Shown here one piece after another: positions 62,649 to 64,000 of a stretch of DNA of 64,000 bases. Location of the stretch: positions 1 through 64,000 of the forward strand of contig CAVUVW010000004.1 of the NCBI GenBank assembly GCA_963745035.1. Reading direction: 5' to 3'. A program made the translations under genes and the position numbers. The stretch comes from an uncultured delta proteobacterium (GTDB lineage Bacteria; Desulfobacterota; Binatia; UBA9968). Below the pieces are notes generated by a model, which was given only the letters and a program-made list of their open reading frames with translations, made no database searches and was not told where the DNA came from. Numbering within the stretch: the stretch's first letter is position 1; each line of letters begins with the position of its first letter.

Positions 62649-63932
62649 ATGCTGACACGTGAAGAAAATCTGCTTCTGACCGAAGTGAGCCCCGGCACGG
62701 CGTGCGGCGAGCTCTTGCGGAGATACTGGCATCCGGTTGCCGCCGCCGCGGAATTGACCGACGAGAAGCCGATCAAAGCCGTGAAGATTCTCAATGAGGA
62801 GCTGGTCGTCTATCGAAATCGCAGAGGCGAGTACGGCCTGGTAGGCGAGCATTGCCCGCACCGTTTGGCTTCGTTGGCGTACGGGCGGGTCGATGACGAA
62901 GGGATTCGCTGTCCGTATCACGGCTGGAAGTTCGACCGCAGCGGGCGCTGTCTCGAACAGCCGGCGGAGCCTGCTGAAAGCACGTTCAAAGACCGCATCC
63001 GCCACGTCGCCTATCCGGTGCAGTATTTAGGCGGGCTGATCTATGCCTATCTAGGTCCCGCGCCCGCGCCGCTCTTGCCGCGCTGGGACGTGTTGGTTTG
63101 GGAGCACGGGCGGCGCTGGATCGTCAAAGAATCGATCATCGACTGTAACTGGCTGCAGCCGATGGAAAATTCCGTGGACCCGTCGCATCTTTATTGGCTC
63201 CACGGCGATACCGAGCGCTTTGTGCCGTCGGTAAAAACCTACGCCGAGAGTTACGAGTTTATTCGTTTCGAATACGGCATCAGAAAACGTCGAACGACCT
63301 TGCCGCTGGCAACCGGAGGGAATCCGGCCGTGGACGATCATCCGTTGCTCTTCCCGACAGTGTTGCGGCACGTGGCGCCGTTTAACGAGGGCAGCGGGCA
63401 CCGCCATAATTTACAGATTCGCGTGCCGGTGGACGATCATCACACCCAGGTGTTTCGGGTGAATTTTTTGCCGATGGATTCGGAGCGGACGCCTGCAGAT
63501 GCGCCGGTGCCGCTGCGCTTCGTGCAACTCAAAACCGGTCCGCGCGAGTACAAGATGAACATGATTCCCGCGCAGGACTCGATGGCATGGGAAACTCAGG
63601 GAACCCGCACCGACCGCACCCAGGAGCATCTGGGCGTGGGCGACGAAGGCATCATCGAACTCAGAAAACTTTTGCGCGAGCAGATCGAGCGCGTGCAACG
63701 GGGCCAGGAGCCGATGGGATTGATACGCGATCCGCAGGAAAATCAACTGATTGACCTCCACGTGATCAACGAGCGCATCGGCCTGTTCGCTCCCGAGTTC
63801 TGGGATTCAGAACCGCAGTCGGGCTGTGGGCATTTAACTTCTCCGCTCTTTCCTGCACCTTTTACATCCCGTAATTGCTCGCGTTCGCACGCGACCAAAT
63901 CATTCTCTTGCATGCTGACCGTTAAGACATAA
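62649..63932 (+). CDS. Rieske oxygenase alpha subunit, paralog 3; true stop may be slightly earlier
   Basis: MLTREEN.LLT.V.PGT.CGELLRRYW, CPHRLASL...CPYHGW, ENSVDPSHLYWLH, AQDS, EHLGVGDEGI. Confidence 0.92.
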   Translation: MLTREENLLLTEVSPGTACGELLRRYWHPVAAAAELTDEKPIKAVKILNEELVVYRNRRGEYGLVGEHCPHRLASLAYGRVDDEGIRCPYHGWKFDRSGRCLEQPAEPAESTFKDRIRHVAYPVQYLGGLIYAYLGPAPAPLLPRWDVLVWEHGRRWIVKESIIDCNWLQPMENSVDPSHLYWLHGDTERFVPSVKTYAESYEFIRFEYGIRKRRTTLPLATGGNPAVDDHPLLFPTVLRHVAPFNEGSGHRHNLQIRVPVDDHHTQVFRVNFLPMDSERTPADAPVPLRFVQLKTGPREYKMNMIPAQDSMAWETQGTRTDRTQEHLGVGDEGIIELRKLLREQIERVQRGQEPMGLIRDPQENQLIDLHVINERIGLFAPEFWDSEPQSGCGHLTSPLFPAPFTSRNCSRSHATKSFSCMLTVKT

Positions 63933-64000
63933 AAAGTTCATGTCTTATCTAAATACCTGATTTATTTGATGTTTTTTGCCGAAAAGCCCTTGCGCTGCGC

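Overview
Bacterial, moderately GC-rich 64 kb window with no rRNA, tRNA, CRISPR array or intact mobile element visible. Gene style (many stand-alone NMT1/SsuA-type binding proteins, UbiD and Rieske paralogs) suggests an uncultured Deltaproteobacteria-like/Candidatus Binatia genome; this is inference. Many genes are split by single-base indels, probably long-read errors. Four blocks: (1) 0.2-5.5 kb: two tandem HD-like (DUF6817-like) genes, the second fused to an SMP-30/gluconolactonase domain, then a nucleotidyltransferase and a UDP-sugar dehydrogenase. (2) 6.3-21.3 kb: signalling block with two sigma-54 activators (one a 1381-aa MASE1-PAS-GAF membrane protein), two NarL-type regulators, sensor-less histidine kinases, OmpA and gene relics. 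(3) 21.4-37.5 kb: envelope/small-protein and sulfatase genes (DUF937, DUF3597, beta-barrel, HAD, arylsulfatase, MliC, 2x DUF1254/1214, aqpZ, CDF). A recurring TCAGGGAATCCCTGA-like palindrome in intergenic DNA links blocks 2 and 3. (4) 38.8-64 kb: a LysR gene divergent from a co-directional catabolic supercluster with 3 Rieske oxygenase alpha subunits, 2 UbiD decarboxylases, 3 divergent ComD/ComE-like ThDP enzyme pairs, a CADD/PqqC-like di-iron enzyme, an orphan Mo-hydroxylase large subunit, a bicupin, DHDPS and RraA aldolases, a DesZ/LigB-type dioxygenase and 6 binding proteins without any permease. Best candidates for undescribed biology are block 4 (especially the ThDP triplet and di-iron enzyme) and an inferred sigma-54 -> kinase -> NarL cascade with its palindromic box.
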